Below, piece after piece: positions 24,490 to 37,962 of a stretch of DNA of 64,000 nucleotides; position 1 is the first letter of the stretch, and each line of letters starts with the position of its first letter. Location of the stretch: contig OX597837.1 of NCBI GenBank assembly GCA_951406725.2, positions 24,924,001 to 24,988,000 on the forward strand, read 5' to 3'. The translations under genes and the position numbers were made by a program. Below the pieces are notes generated by a model that was not told where the DNA came from, did not search any database, and worked only from the letters and a program-made list of their open reading frames with translations. The DNA comes from Octopus vulgaris. Its lineage: Eukaryota.

Positions 24490-25231
24490 TTAAGCATGAA
24501 CAGCAGAGCAGCTGGAAATATTTCCAAGGAAGATTGCAGACAAATACCATTGCTGGTATGATGATACCACTTTACAGTTTACAATTAGCATGTGATATCA
24601 AAGCAAGAGAACATGAACACACACACTTCCATCTATCAAATCCACACACAAGGCTTCGGCTGACCAAGAACTATAGTGGAAGATATTTTTCCCAAGGTTC
24701 CACACAATGGGGCCAGACCCAAAACTATGTGGTTGTGAAGCTAATTTCTTAACCACACAGCTATGTCTGAGCTTAAATAATAATTAATTAAATCTAATCA
24801 AGTATGTAAATTGCAGTCTTATAAGGAAAGATGTTTTATTGGAAATGAATTTGATATTTCCTCCTGGGGAATTCTTGCTGCAATAATCAAACTAAAAAAA
24901 TTAAACACTGCTAATTAAGGAAAAGTAAACCCCAGATGTACAAGTGCTATTAAAGGTAAATTCTTGGTAATTTAAAGATGCAGTGTTGAATCCCAGTGAA
25001 ACCAGTTCCCTTCTTGTACCTGGAATTTCCAACTATAGCCAATAACCTTGAAGGGGGTTTGATCCACCATCCATGCTCTTCAGTGCTTTGTTATTTCATT
25101 CATGTCCAAGTTGTATTATAAAAGTTTTATAAATCAACCTCAGGACTTGACTTATACTTCATTTTGGCTTCTATAAGAATAAAAAGCAAGGTTGCCCTCA
25201 GTCAGATTTGAGCCCACAAAGTAAAAGAACA

Positions 25232-25449
25232 TACAAGGAGATGCTGCAAAGTTCCTGGCATTGGGAAAAGAAAATACAGGAGGATCAGTTAATTATGAAT
25301 TTATTCAACATATTCCCTTCTCAGACTCACACACTTATTGCAGTAGTCCTTCAGTTTTTCTAAGCCCTGTAAAAAAACTCAGAAGGTTGGGCTTCTGATC
25401 AGGCCCTTCACAATACTCTGAAAACCAAAGTTTTCATCACTCCTTTGTA
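25232..25449 (+). mobile_element. mariner-type MITE
   Basis: Degenerate TIRs (ta)caagg.g.tgctg.aaagttc / ..ttttca.cac.cctttg(ta); related copies at about 53520-53730 and 53800-54173. Confidence 0.6.
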
Positions 25450-26758
25450 GTAAAATGCCATCAGGCATTTTGTTCAACCCTCTAGTTCTATCGACCTCAA
25501 AAACAGAATATTTGACAGCAACTTAATTAACCATTAAGGATTACAAGAGTTCTGTTTTGTTTTTTTTCTTAAATTGAAGGTCTATCACAGAACTTCAGTA
25601 TTGGTGAGTATAACTTGGAATGAGGTAGAATCTATGGATTCCCCAGAGATTAAAAAGTAAAGTCAGAACAAAGAAGTTATATTTAAATGGAACTTGTGTT
25701 TGGCTGAAGACAAAATCACCAGGTGTTCTCATTAAGATGTGCTGTATTTTTGAAAGTCGCTAGTCACACCTGACCGGTTCTTTATCTTTGATATCAGCAA
25801 ACGATATAATGTTTCTCAGCTCATGAACAAGCACAATAACTGCATAACTTAGTTCAAAAATAGTTTATGTAACAACTAAACACACCATAGTAATCTTTTA
25901 GTCTCTTGTTTCCTACTTCTCATTAACTTACTCTTCTATCTGTTTCAGTCATTAGATGACAGCCATGCTGGAGCACCACCTTGATAAACTTTTGGTCAAA
26001 TGAATCAACTCGAGTACTTTATTTTCTTAAGCCTTGTACTTATTCTATCATGGAGCCGTGTGGCTTAGTGGTTAGGGTGTCAGCATCATGATCATAAGAT
26101 TGTGGTTTCGATTCCTGGACCAGGCGACATGGTGTGTTCTTGAGCAAAACACTTCATTTTCACGTTGTTCCAGTCCACTCAGCTGGCAAAAATGAGTAAT
26201 GCTGTGATGGACTGGCATCCCGTCCAGCTGGGGAACACATATGCCATTGAAACCGGACCCACGAGCCTGGCTAGGCATTAAAAAGGGCACAGTGGAGGTG
26301 CAATGGCCCAGTGGTTAGGTCAGCGGACTCGCAGTTGGAGGATCGCAGTTTCGATTCCCAGACCAGGCGTTGTATTTATTGAGCGAAAACACCTAAAACC
26401 TCCACAAGGCTCCGACAGGGGGTGGTGGTGACCCCGGTTATCAAGTGGTGGTGGGGGACAAACAAAGGCACACACTTATGAGGAGAGGAGGAAGACTGAA
26501 GAAACAAAAAGAAGGCAACACAAGGCCCTGCAACTCCAAGCAAGACCACCACCTGCCTTGCCATGTGATCAATGCTCGACACTGTTCCATTCCCAACATG
26601 GCCTTCTGAGCCATGTCAGGTTTAAGCATCATGGAGGCACCACATGAACCAAATTCAGACACAAGTGGGTGCTGACAACAATATATATATATATATATAT
26701 ATACACGATGGGCTTCCGTCAATTTCCGTCTACCAAACCTACTCACAAGACTTTGGTC

Positions 26759-27477
26759 AGCCCAAGGATATATTTATTTCTTTATTGCCCACAAGGGCTA
26801 AACACAGAGGGGACAAACAGATTAAGTCGATTATATTGCCCCCAGTGCGTAACTGGTACTTAATTTATCGACCACTTACCCAAGGTGCTACGTAGTGGGA
26901 CTGAACCCAGAACCATGTGGTTGGGAAGCAAGCATCCCATTTACATAGCCACGCCTTTACAAAAAAAAGATAAGGACACTATACTCTAACCCCCTTTAGC
27001 CCAAGGATATATTTATTTCTTTATTGCCCACAAGGGGCTAAACACAGAGGGGACAAACAGATTAAGTCGATTATATTGCCCCCAGTGCGTAACTGGTACT
27101 TAATTTATCGACCACTTACCCAAGGTGCTACGTAGTGGGACTGAACCCAGAACCATGTGGTTGGGAAGCAAGCATCCCATTTACATAGCCACGCCTTTAC
27201 AAAAAAAAGATAAGGACACTATACTCTAACCCCCTTTAGCCCAAGGATATATTTATTTCTTTATTGCCCACAAGGGGCTAAACACAGAGGGGACAAACAG
27301 ATTAAGTCGATTATATTGCCCCCAGTGCGTAACTGGTACTTAATTTATCGACCACTTACCCAAGGTGCTACGTAGTGGGACTGAACCCAGAACCATGTGG
27401 TTGGGAAGCAAGCATCCCATTTACATAGCCACGCCTTTACAAAAAAAAGATAAGGACACTATACTCTAACCCCCTTT
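26759..27477. repeat. Three near-identical tandem copies of a 240-bp SINE-chimera unit
   Basis: CCCAAGGATATATTTATTTC recurs at 26761, 27000 and 27240. Confidence 0.95.
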
Positions 27478-28029
27478 CTTTTTCTTATTATACTCTATAC
27501 TCTAACCCCCTTTCTTTTTATTACCTAAACTGAAACTACTGTCTATTCTTTGTATAGAAATGTTTGAGGAATGGAAAGTTATTTTTTTAATTCTTTGTTC
27601 TTTAAAATATCAGAAATTGTGATTAATACTAAAAAGTCCATCAGCTTATATTTTAGCACATAATCATCATCATGACAATACTGCAAGATGTTGTGGATAG
27701 CATCTGATCAGCTGAGGCGACCAGCAGAGATGATCTTGGCTGGGATCGTATGGGTGTTGTTGAGTCAAGCTAGAGTGAACAGCTTGTTTGGAGCAGTGAA
27801 GTGTGAGATGTTCCTTGTATCAGGTCCATTCTGACCAACTCAGGAAGGATGTATTGTTGACGACAGCTTGCCTGTTTCTCCTTCTTCAGGCAGAATGATA
27901 TCAGCTTGTACATTTTTGAAGAACAAGGAATTACATGTGTTTTGAGGCCACCATGCTACAGCTTCAACAATTTTCAGAGGGCTATTAGTAATTTTGGCTT
28001 GGGTCCTTTGAGAACTGGTAACTATACTA

Positions 28030-28650
28030 CAGTCACATCTGGAGCTCAGTGACATCTTGTGCCACCTCAGTTACATCTGGAGCTCTCAGTACCACTCTGT
28101 TCCACCACAGTAACATCTGGTGCTCTCAGTGCCATCTTGTGCCACCTCAATTCCACCACAGTCACATCTGGATCTCTCAGTATCACCCTGTTTCACCACA
28201 GTAACATCTGGTGCTCTCAGTACCATCTTGTATCACCTCAGTTCTACCAGTCACATCTGGAGCTCTCAGTGCCATCCTGTGCCACCTCAGTTCCACCACA
28301 GTCACATCTGGATCTCTCAGTATCACCCTGTTCCACCACAGTAACATCTGGTGCTCTCAGTACCATCTTGTATCACCTCAGTTCTACCAGTCACATCTGG
28401 AGCTCTCAGTGCCATCCTGTGCCACCTCAGTTCCACCAGTCACATCTGGATCTCTCAGTATCACCCTGTTCCACCACAGTAACATCTGGTGCTCTCAGTA
28501 CCATCTTGTATCACCTCAGTTCTACCAGTCACATCTGGAGCTCTCAGTGCCATCCTGTGCCACCTCAGTTCCACCACAGTCACATCTGGTGCTCTCAGCG
28601 CCATCCTTTTCCACCTCAGTTCCACCAGTCACATCTGGAGCTCTCAGTGC
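28030..28650. repeat. Minisatellite with 40-51-bp subunits in an about 140-bp higher-order repeat
   Basis: CAGT(C/A)ACATCTGG..CTCTCAGT subunits; GTGCTCTCAGTACCATCTTG recurs at 28211, 28351 and 28489. Confidence 0.92.
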
Positions 28651-30351
28651 TGCCCTGAGTATCGCAATGAACTTGTGAAATGTTACTATTGTCTCTGCTG
28701 TCACAACTGGAATCAACTCAGTTTTTTAAAATAATGCTTGCCTCCAAACCTTGCATGCATAAGCCAGTTCACCTGCTCTTGTTTCAAGAACATGCTTTAG
28801 AGAATGCTTGTCTGTTAAGGCTTTATGTCGAAGAATATAGAAAAACAGTCTTGCAACATTGATGCTAAAATCTTATTTCCCCATAGACATTCGCGAAAGT
28901 CATATGTTGCAGTCACCGAACATAGTTTAGTATAGTAATAACTGAGATCTTCATGGCTCTGGGTAGCTTGTGTGAAGTTTCCCCGAGAAGTATTCAGCAA
29001 AAATGTCTACTTCATCCACAGTGAGTACAGTACCACATTTCTCTTCGTCTCTAAAAGAGCATCAGTTTTCTTATTGCTAGTCAAGTCCACAGCCCACTGA
29101 TTTCCAAACCTTTTCTACTACCTGACACACCCGATTCTTCATCACCGTGTACAGGAAATGAAGGTAAATAAGTTAGTCGTGTTGTCATACATCACATTTA
29201 AAGGCGCTCCATCTCCAATACAGTATCGCTCAGCTCTCTGTCTATCTATCTATAATGGTTAAAAGATGGATAGTCTGTTTATAATGATTTGTGATTTACG
29301 CAAAGGGCCAGTAATTGTAAGGGGTTAGTCGATCCAGAGGGATGAAAGGCAAAGTTGACCTAGGCGGGACTTGAACTCAGAACATAAAGAACCGAAAGAA
29401 ATACTGCAATGCATATTTCCCGACGTTCTAATGATTCTGCCATCTCGCCACCTTTAGTCTACTTATAATAATATATAATAATATAAGCAGTTGAAATAAC
29501 CCAAGAACCGTTTCCGGTACACTTGTTTACAAAAATAATAACGACGCTGTACTACACATGTACTATTAAGTAGTATTTATGTCATGCGTGGGTGCGAAAC
29601 AGATGTTCTCGGATAACCAAATACCGAGGCCCAGATTTAATTTCTTCACTTATTACAATCAGTTATTAATGAAGCTTAACAAAATCCAAATTTCCCATAA
29701 TTTTAGCAACTGAAACAAAAATTTTCGAAATGGAAAATAATACACTAAACTGTGGGATACACCAAAATCTTTAGCGAACGAGGCACGACGAAGGGTACTT
29801 TTCTTGTAATCAAAGGTGATGCGATGGAATCCACCTTGTGTTATATTTTATCGACCTTAGGAAGGAAGTCAGATCGGTCCCCTATTCGTAAAGCAACAAA
29901 ACAGAAAAAGTTTTCTGGACTTCCTGAGTAAAATCTTTTACCATATACGTTATATCGATCTGAAATTTTTCCTGTGGTGCAGAGAAATAAGAATTAACCA
30001 AACGAAATGATCGGTTAATGTCAGTCGATACGGTAAGCTCCCGGCAAACCGAGTGCGCCAGGTAACCTTCGAGTTGCGTTTACTTGAGAGTCATTTCAAT
30101 TTGCTTGTGACCTTAAGACAAGTATGAACGTCACGAAATCTCCCTCATCATTCCCTTATAAACCCTCTGCCTTGTGCATCTCTAAGAAATTCCGCCGTTC
30201 CATATCGATTCTCAGATACTCCGAGCACTGCTCTTTGACTGACATACATATAACGTTATGCCCTTGCTTTCATTAATTAATACAACGAAGTCACAACGTC
30301 AGAATTAGTACAAACGACGAAAGAGAAATTAGCAGACAATAAGTGTATTAC

Positions 30352-30432
30352 CAGTACAGCGAGACATTTCGGTTCAACAGTTGGTAATCCCCAATCTCCG
30401 TGCCAAATATCTAATTCTATACACTCTGCCAT
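30352..30432 (-). CDS. MTX1: Metaxin-1/3-like protein, coding exon 1
   Basis: ATG at 30432; translates MAECIELDIWHGDWGLPTVEPKCLAVL, matching the metaxin N-terminus (W.G.WGLPS/T); GT donor follows, phase 0. Confidence 0.93.
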
Positions 30433-30640
30433 ATTTAGGTTGTTTCATTTAAATCCCCGTTGCTCGGCCACGTGACACCAACAAGCTCTTTCTCTTTCTC
30501 TCACTCTCTGTCTTTCACTTAATCTCTCTCTCTCTCTCACTCTCTGTCTTTTACTTAATATCTCTCTCTCTCTCTCTTTTCCCTCTCTCACAGGACATTC
30601 AGGACAAAAAGCGCTCTGAAAACGGGCGGACTTTCCATTA
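30433..30640 (-). promoter_or_regulatory. Putative metaxin 5' UTR and proximal promoter
   Basis: Immediately upstream of the ATG; E-box GTCACGTGGC (CACGTG at 30469-30474), (GA)n tract, GC-box-like GGGCGG near 30624; locally higher CpG content. Confidence 0.45.
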
Positions 30641-31179
30641 GAATTTTTTTAATATTGATTTATACATGTATTTTTATGCATTAATAAAAAAAAAATCGGC
30701 AATCTGTTGTAAAATATTATTGGTTGCAGCGTATAAAATCTATTTTATCGTTTTCGGGAAAATAATTAAAACTGTGCTAGCGATGGCACCCGGCCTTACT
30801 ATAAATACGTACATACCTACCACCTACGTACCTTCCTTTATTTTTTACTTCTTTCAGGTGTTAGACTGTGGCCATGCTGGAGTACTATCTTTAAAGATTT
30901 TAGTCGAACAAATCTACCCCAGTACTTTTTTTTTTTAAAGTGGTACTTATTCTATCGGGTCATTAGATCGAACCGCTAAGTTATGGAAACATAAACAAAC
31001 CACCGGTCGGAAAGCGGTGTGAGAGATAAATACACACACATATACATACATGCATGCAACAAAACTTCCATAAGCTAGACAGCCTTAAACAAGTATTAAC
31101 CTTACCAGATTTAGAATCCCAATGAAAGACATTCAGACAACATTAATGTAGGGTGCGGTTGCGGGTGGTGTATGACACT

Positions 31180-31850
31180 CAACACCAACAAACCTGTACA
31201 GATGGGGCTTGAGCGGGGACCAGTTGTGTAGACTTTGTGGAGAAAGGGGTACCGTGGCACACATCTTATCTGGGTGCAAAATAGCACTTATTCAAAGGAG
31301 ATACAGGTGGCGCCATGGCAAGGTGCTTGCAACACCGGCTCACACTCTGGACCAGGAAAGGCTCAGGAAACACCATCATCAGAGGAAAATAGCAGCAATC
31401 AAATTTGTGAAAGAAGGAGAAAAGCTAGTGAGTACAGCAAAGAGGACAAATAGCTTATGACATGGGTCCCAATTATGAGATATGAGAGTAGACCTGGAAA
31501 CTGCAGTTTCTCCAGGTCATCCATATAACTCTGAGCCCAAATGTAGTTCTGTGGTCTGAAAAGCAAGGTAAGTAATCTTGATCAGGCTTGTAGTCCAGTA
31601 GGAAGAAGGATGTAATCAGGTTTACAAACTGAAGTGAGGGCCTTCTGCAGGATTGCAGGGAAAAGAAATGGCAGTCATGGCTTTTCCCAGTCAAAGTTGG
31701 CTGTAGGGGATTCCTGACCCAATCAGTATAGCGGATGCTTATAGCCATTAGAACAAGAGGAAAAGAGCAAAGGGTGGTTGTGTGCAGGATGGAAGAGGCA
31801 GCAGAAAGAGCCTTTTACTGATTATGGAGTAAGAGAGAAGAGTTAAGCCA
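31180..31850 (+). mobile_element. Decayed non-LTR retrotransposon with restriction-like endonuclease (R2 group, HERO-like)
   Basis: CRLCGERGTVAHILSGC zinc knuckle, YRWRH..VL, then DMRVDL, LSPNVVLWS, VKVGCRGF, EEAAERA..*LW; stops and frameshifts. Confidence 0.8.
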
Positions 31851-33390
31851 GGAGGAGATGAAGAACCACCTCTGCTGATCCACTAACAGGAGGGTATTAT
31901 GGTATAGAGTCAAAAGATCTGATGAGCATTGGATACAGTCTGATGATATCATTTCCTCCTGGCCAAAGTTTCATTCACTTGAGCAAGTGGAAAAGAAGCA
32001 TCCTTTTTCCAGATGTTACCAATAATAACATATACAATGAAACCACCACAAACCAAGAAACTAAGAACCCCTAAACAAGGTCAACCCTCAAGAACAATTT
32101 CAATGGAGGAAAGTTTAGAACAACAACAACACTGGATATAAAAATTTCAGTCAATAAACATATCAAATGCATGCATCCATCATCAGTTGCCTAACAGATA
32201 TCATTATGGTTTTGACTCCTTAGGAATTAATAGACATAAAGCAGGATTGAAACATTATCACGATATGTCCATTTGTCTACACCTATATGATGGGTTTCTA
32301 CCCAGTTTCTGTCTACCAAATGCACTCACAACACATTGGTTGATCCAAGGCTATAGTATAAGACACTTGCCCAAGGCGCCAAACATAAGGACTGAACTAA
32401 AATTAAGTGGTTGTAAAACAAGCTTCTTAACCACACAGCCATGCCTGCACCTATATCATCATCATTTAATGTCCATGTTCCATGCTAATGTGGGATGGAT
32501 GGTTTGTCAGAATCCAATGGGACCAAAAACTGGATCTTGCTCCAATGTCCTTCCTAATGCCAACAGTATGTCCTAGGTGCTTTTTTCATGCCACCAGCAC
32601 TACTGAGGTTGCCATGCAGCTTACAAGACTACAAGGGAGGGGAGAGGTCAGCCGAAGAAGAACAGCAGGCTCTGGCAGAGTAGCAGCATGATTACTCATA
32701 TTTAGTAGAGGGGAGAGAGAGAGAAAGTGATTAACAGGAGCTGCAAAAAGATAGACAGGAGATTAAGTGTCCATAGCTCAGAGTGACCACCGGCATATAT
32801 TTCACATAATCTTTTATCTTTTATTTGTCTTAGTCATTAGACCGTAGCCATGCTGGAGCACCACCTTGAACAATTTGTTTTAGTCGAACGAATCAATCCC
32901 ATTACTTATTTTTTTGTTAAGCCTGGTATTTATTCTACTGGGCTCTTTTGCCAAACCGCTAAGTTAGAGGAATGTAAATACACTAACACTGGTTGTCATG
33001 TGGTGTTGGGGAACAAACATTAGACACATATATGACAGGCTTCTTTCGGTTTCTGTCTCCCAAATCCACTCACAAAGCTTTGGTTGGCCTGAGGCTATAA
33101 TAGAAGACACTTGTTCAAGTTACCATGTAGTGGGACTCAACTTGGAACCATGTGCTTCAGAAGCAAGCTTCTTACCACAGAGTCATGCCTGTGCTTAACC
33201 CTGCCTCTAGAGGATGTGTCAGTTATCAAATGGCAATTAAGGCCAGTTCTACTTGAGAAGGGGAGATAATCTCAAACACCAAGAATTCTCCAAAGATGAC
33301 ACACCACTAAGGGAAAGGACAGGCTTATTGTCTGGAGGTAAATGGACAGCTGGGACATATGTTTCTGCCTCAGTAGGTTTATCAGCACAA

Positions 33391-33650
33391 CATCATCATC
33401 ATCATCATTGTTCGACCGTGGTCGAGACAATGGAATTTACTATGTTACGCCAGACTTCACGGTCCATCATAGCATTACGGAGGTCCTGTTGCTGGATGCC
33501 TGTATCCCTGGAGATTACATCAGGGTAGGAGAGTGTGCGCCCTCTGGTATTGCGAGTAGATGGCTTCCAGAGGAGAAGAGTAGAAATTACTTCTTTTTCA
33601 GCTCTACAACAATGTTCAGCAAACTGGACTCTCCTACCTTTCACAAGAGA
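33391..33650 (-). mobile_element. RTE/RTEX-group LINE 3' end (second family)
   Basis: RRVQFAEHCCRAEKEVISTLLLWKP..RGR..Y.D...DTG....L.NAMMDREVWR, stop, then (GAT)n. Confidence 0.8.
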
Positions 33651-35153
33651 TGACACAGCACAACAATGATCCAGCTTTATCATCATTTTAACATTCACTT
33701 TTCCATGTGTTGTTGAAAAGCATGAAAGTTGCTCTTACCTGGAGTTGCAATCGGCGACAATCACTCCAAATGTCAGATCACAGGAAAAAACCAAACAGAT
33801 CTCACAGTTGTAATCATATGTCAACTCAGTCAATTCCTTGCCTGTTAGGACCACTAGACCATGACTGCTAGCAGCACACAACTTTCCATGCCTGTAGACC
33901 CTGTAAGGAAGAGGCCGTCTTTTCCTGTTGCTCGCTGACATGACATCATCTCGTCCCTCTTCCGGTCCCTTCATGACATCCCTCCCTCTCCCTTCCAGTC
34001 ACAGAACATAAAGATGGACAAAATGCTACAAAGTATTTTATCCAGCATGCTGGCAATTCAGCCAGCTCACCACATTGTATTAGCACAAATATTAATTTCA
34101 AATTTTGGCACAAGGCTAACCCCTGTGTTCTAACTGGTACCTATTTTATTGACCCCCAACCCCAAAAGATGAAAGACAAGGTCAACCATGGCAGAATTTG
34201 AACTTGGAATGCAAAGACAGACCAAATGCCACTAGTCATTTTGCCTGGCATGCTAAAAATTCCTGCCAGCTTGCTGTCTTAACTAGCACAAATAGTGCAA
34301 CACTGTTCAACATTCTATGACCCCGTCAAGTACGTATGAAAGATAAAATAAAACGTTACTCATAAGAAGAAATAGTTGTTTCATTGATATAAGCTGGTAA
34401 TTTTGCTGAAAAAACGAAAGTAATACTTTTGTTGAGTAATCCACTCTGTTGGGTGGTCAGTCTTAGGAAAGGCATCCAGCCATAAAAAAACATGCCAAAC
34501 CAGACACTGAAGCCTGGTACAGCCTTCTACCTAACCAGCTCATGTCAAACCGTCCAACCCATGCCAGCATGGAATGCGGACGTTAAATTATGATGCTGAT
34601 GAATGATACTTATAATATACTAAACATATGATACAACTTATGAAGTAAATTGCAATAACCAACAGGGTTTAGGAGTTTCTGAAACATGTCTTAGAGAACC
34701 TTGATGTTGTTGCTTAGTCTAAGAACGACCCTTATTGGGTATACCTATAATGTACGACGTATCAGCAGTGACAGATCCGTCTTTTTAGGACTATGTATCC
34801 TATTTTTAAGTTGGTAGGCTATTTCAAGGATATTTGGCTATTATTTTTAGCAGTTTGGGCGGCCCCTAGAGGCTCCCTACATGTCACAGGTATCACTCAG
34901 TATCATTGTATTAGCTAAAGGCGGCACGGATCATAATTCGAGAATTATTATTCAATATATTCAGTGTTTAAGGATTCTAGTTAGTAAAATTTGGAATTAA
35001 ACTTTAAAAGTAACTTAGAAAGCAGCTGAGATCATTTACGTAGGAGGGACGTTTTTTTAGTTAGCACCGGCAACAACCTGAACTTGTCTATTTCATAACG
35101 TTCCACATGAAAATTTTTCAATTATTTGGTATATTTAATAAACTCCACTAAAA

Positions 35154-35219
35154 ATGGGTAAACTGAATGCAACATTACTTCGTTATTTAACTCAGGAAGA
35201 TTTCCGGGTTATCACCTCT
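35154..35219 (+). CDS. RIOK2: RIO kinase 2, coding exon 1
   Basis: ATG in aaaATGG context; MGKLNATLLRYLTQEDFRVITS; GTGAGT donor. Confidence 0.95.
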
Positions 35220-36148
35220 GTGAGTATATGGTTATTTTTAGTGATCAACTATTTTTTGTAATGATCTAGACTTCACCTCACACACGTGTCTCTAATAATA
35301 ATATTTTTACACTTTGATAGTGTATACTTTATTTCACATAAAACAGTGTATTTTATTTTATTTTATTTTAATTCAATTTTATTTTGACAGTATCCTCCTT
35401 GCTTTGTGTTGAAAACTAATTCTACGTTTTAGAGGTTTTAAAAGTGAAATCTTCATTTCATGTATTGCTTTCCTCAATAAAAATCATTGTCGTTTTGACC
35501 CAGTAATGATCTTAACACCAACAACGTATTTGTAATTTTCCATTTATGAAAATATATTATGTAGGAACTAAGAAAAAACTGTTGAAATTTGTCTGTTAAA
35601 TGTGAAAGTAGATTTTGAGAACTATGTTAGATGGGTGGGTATAATTGTAAAGTTATATGCATCGACATCCATATGTTAGAATATAGGGAAGTATGAGAAA
35701 AGTTCGTCTTTTTCCAAAGATATTGGTTCGGATGGTTTTTGTGGATGGGGAGAGGAGAATACTGCAAATGTAAACAAATACTGGTCGAGTTTATCTATTC
35801 TTTCATTTCCTAACACATCACTCAGCTGATAATCTTTAGGTGCCGCGGGCATGGAGGGCTTGAGATATGTGCACACTCGACAGCTTTGATCCCTTACCCA
35901 AATGCTACGGTTATGTATATAGAAACCCGACTGCATTGATCGGGGGAGGCTTATGTTGCTTGTTAAGTTGGCCCTAGGCACAAGGAAGCTTCCTGGTGAT
36001 TGGTCAACCTGCTAGAAATAGCAGTAAATTTTCTCCTAAATCACGATTTATGAAGGAGATATATAATGGACAATGTAGATCAAAAAGCACAGTTTGGAAT
36101 AACTGTCTTTCGATGTCCCATACCCCATGAGAAAAGAAAGAGATACAG

Positions 36149-36372
36149 GGTACTATTTAAGAAGAGTGGTCCCGGTGCGCGTACTCGCGCATCCGCGCTA
36201 GGTAGTCGTAACTAGTCGATCCTTACTTTGTGTTTTTGTGTTTTATTTATTTGTGTAAAAAATTATTTATTTTGTGTTTTATTTACTTCGCTCGGTAGTC
36301 GTTGTAGGATCGACTAGTCACGACTAGCTAGCGCGAGTGCGTGCACTGGGACCACTCTTCTTAAATAGTACT
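36149..36372. mobile_element. MITE with long TIRs and 9-bp target-site duplication (Merlin- or MULE-like)
   Basis: TIR GTACTATTTAAGAAGAGTGGTCCC; TSD GAGATACAG at 36140-36148 and 36373-36381. Confidence 0.85.
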
Positions 36373-37779
36373 GAGATACAGAAAGTATATGTGTGTAGGC
36401 GGGGTTGGTGTAAAAATAATCGAAATTTTGGGATTTTTTTTTTTGTCACAGTCGTTATTTGTGTTGTAAGAAACGCAGGAATACTACGTGATTAACTTAG
36501 CCTGAAGGCCAACAACCAAAAATCGTGCTGGTGTTTTATATAAGTTTGGTCTGAGGAATGAATTGTGTTCATGACCTCAGTTTCTCCAAGATCTACATGA
36601 TTAATGTTTGTCTTCAAATTGACTGCTGGTAAAATGTAGGCAGATAGTGAATTCCTGAGGGCTGACATCCTGGGAAAGGACTGGATGTGAAAGTTAGTAT
36701 GACTCTTGAAGGTGGGTGGAAAGGAAGAAGTTTGGAATACCTGAGTTAAGGTACATGAGACCAGACATCTTTAAAGATCAAAGATCAATGTATGTCTGAT
36801 ATAAAGACAGAGAGAGACGAGATAGTAATGGTGTGACCAAATATTTGTGCTGACCTTGAGAGTTTTAGTTGCATTGTGTTCTTGAATTGTGGGTTAGGGT
36901 ATTGTTTTCCTGATATATGGAATGATTGTGTCTTGTGCTATTGAAGAAGACAAAACTGATATGAACCCTTTGAAGGACGTTGTTGGTGTCAGTGAAGGTT
37001 TGGCATGGTGTCCAGGGCAAATAAACTAGGATAGATGGACAGGAGCTGGTGTCTTGCTGAAGAGGTGGATACATGGCTTGCTTACTAGGAAAGAGGAAGA
37101 GAGATGTGAGGTCAGAGTATAAGGTAAATATGATAGAGGAGCATAAAAGGTGAGTGAAAAGTGTGTGACATTATTAGTGATAGAGAATGAGTTGGATACA
37201 GAGAATATCAGTGCAATGAGGGGGAAGTGAAGGAAGGAAATAGGGTAACGTAGAAGATTGATGAAAGAATGGGTGTTAGTTGTGGGGGAAGGGCTTGACA
37301 GAACCTCAATTCTGCTGAGATGGACAGGTCTTCTCATGTACAGTATGTTCTTAGATTTGGGTGAAAGAAATGGATAGAAATAAAAGTGGACGGTGGTAAG
37401 AAGGATTGGTGAATGTCAGGCAGAATCGTTAGCAGACCGGGCGAAATGCTAAGCGATATTTCGTCTGCGTTACGTTCTGAGTTCAAATTCCGCTGAGGTC
37501 GACTTTGCCTTTCATCCTTTCGGGATCGATAAATTAAGTACCAGTTAGGCACTGAGGTCAATGTAATCGACTTAATACCTATGTCTGTCCTTGTTTGTCC
37601 CCTCTGTGTTTAGCCCCTTGTGGGTAATAAAGAAATAGGTAAATTGTCTGGTAAGTGGGATTAATGAATGTCAATGGTAAATTGTCTGGTAAGAGGGAGT
37701 GATGACTGGCGGTACTGAAAGGGCAATGGTAGAATCTGCAGAATGTAAATAGATCCAATGAAATTCTTTATATAGATAA

Positions 37780-37962
<183 letters not shown>

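Noticed and set aside
26292-26370. tRNA genes at tRNA-like segments (also about 40240-40318)
   Set aside because: They are SINE heads continuous with SINE bodies; cloverleaf pairing is incomplete.
28800-29220. Possible gag-like remnant or alternative metaxin exon (GAPL motif)
   Set aside because: Only vague similarity with stops in all frames; true exon 2 was found at 22886-22955.
31915-31955. CTGATGA motifs downstream of the HERO-like relic (also near 929, 39909, 41350, 61556)
   Set aside because: No stem II followed by GAAA and closing stems, so not hammerheads.
35060-35074. RFX X-box-like GTTAGCACCGGCAAC upstream of RIOK2
   Set aside because: Imperfect match, expected by chance without conservation data.
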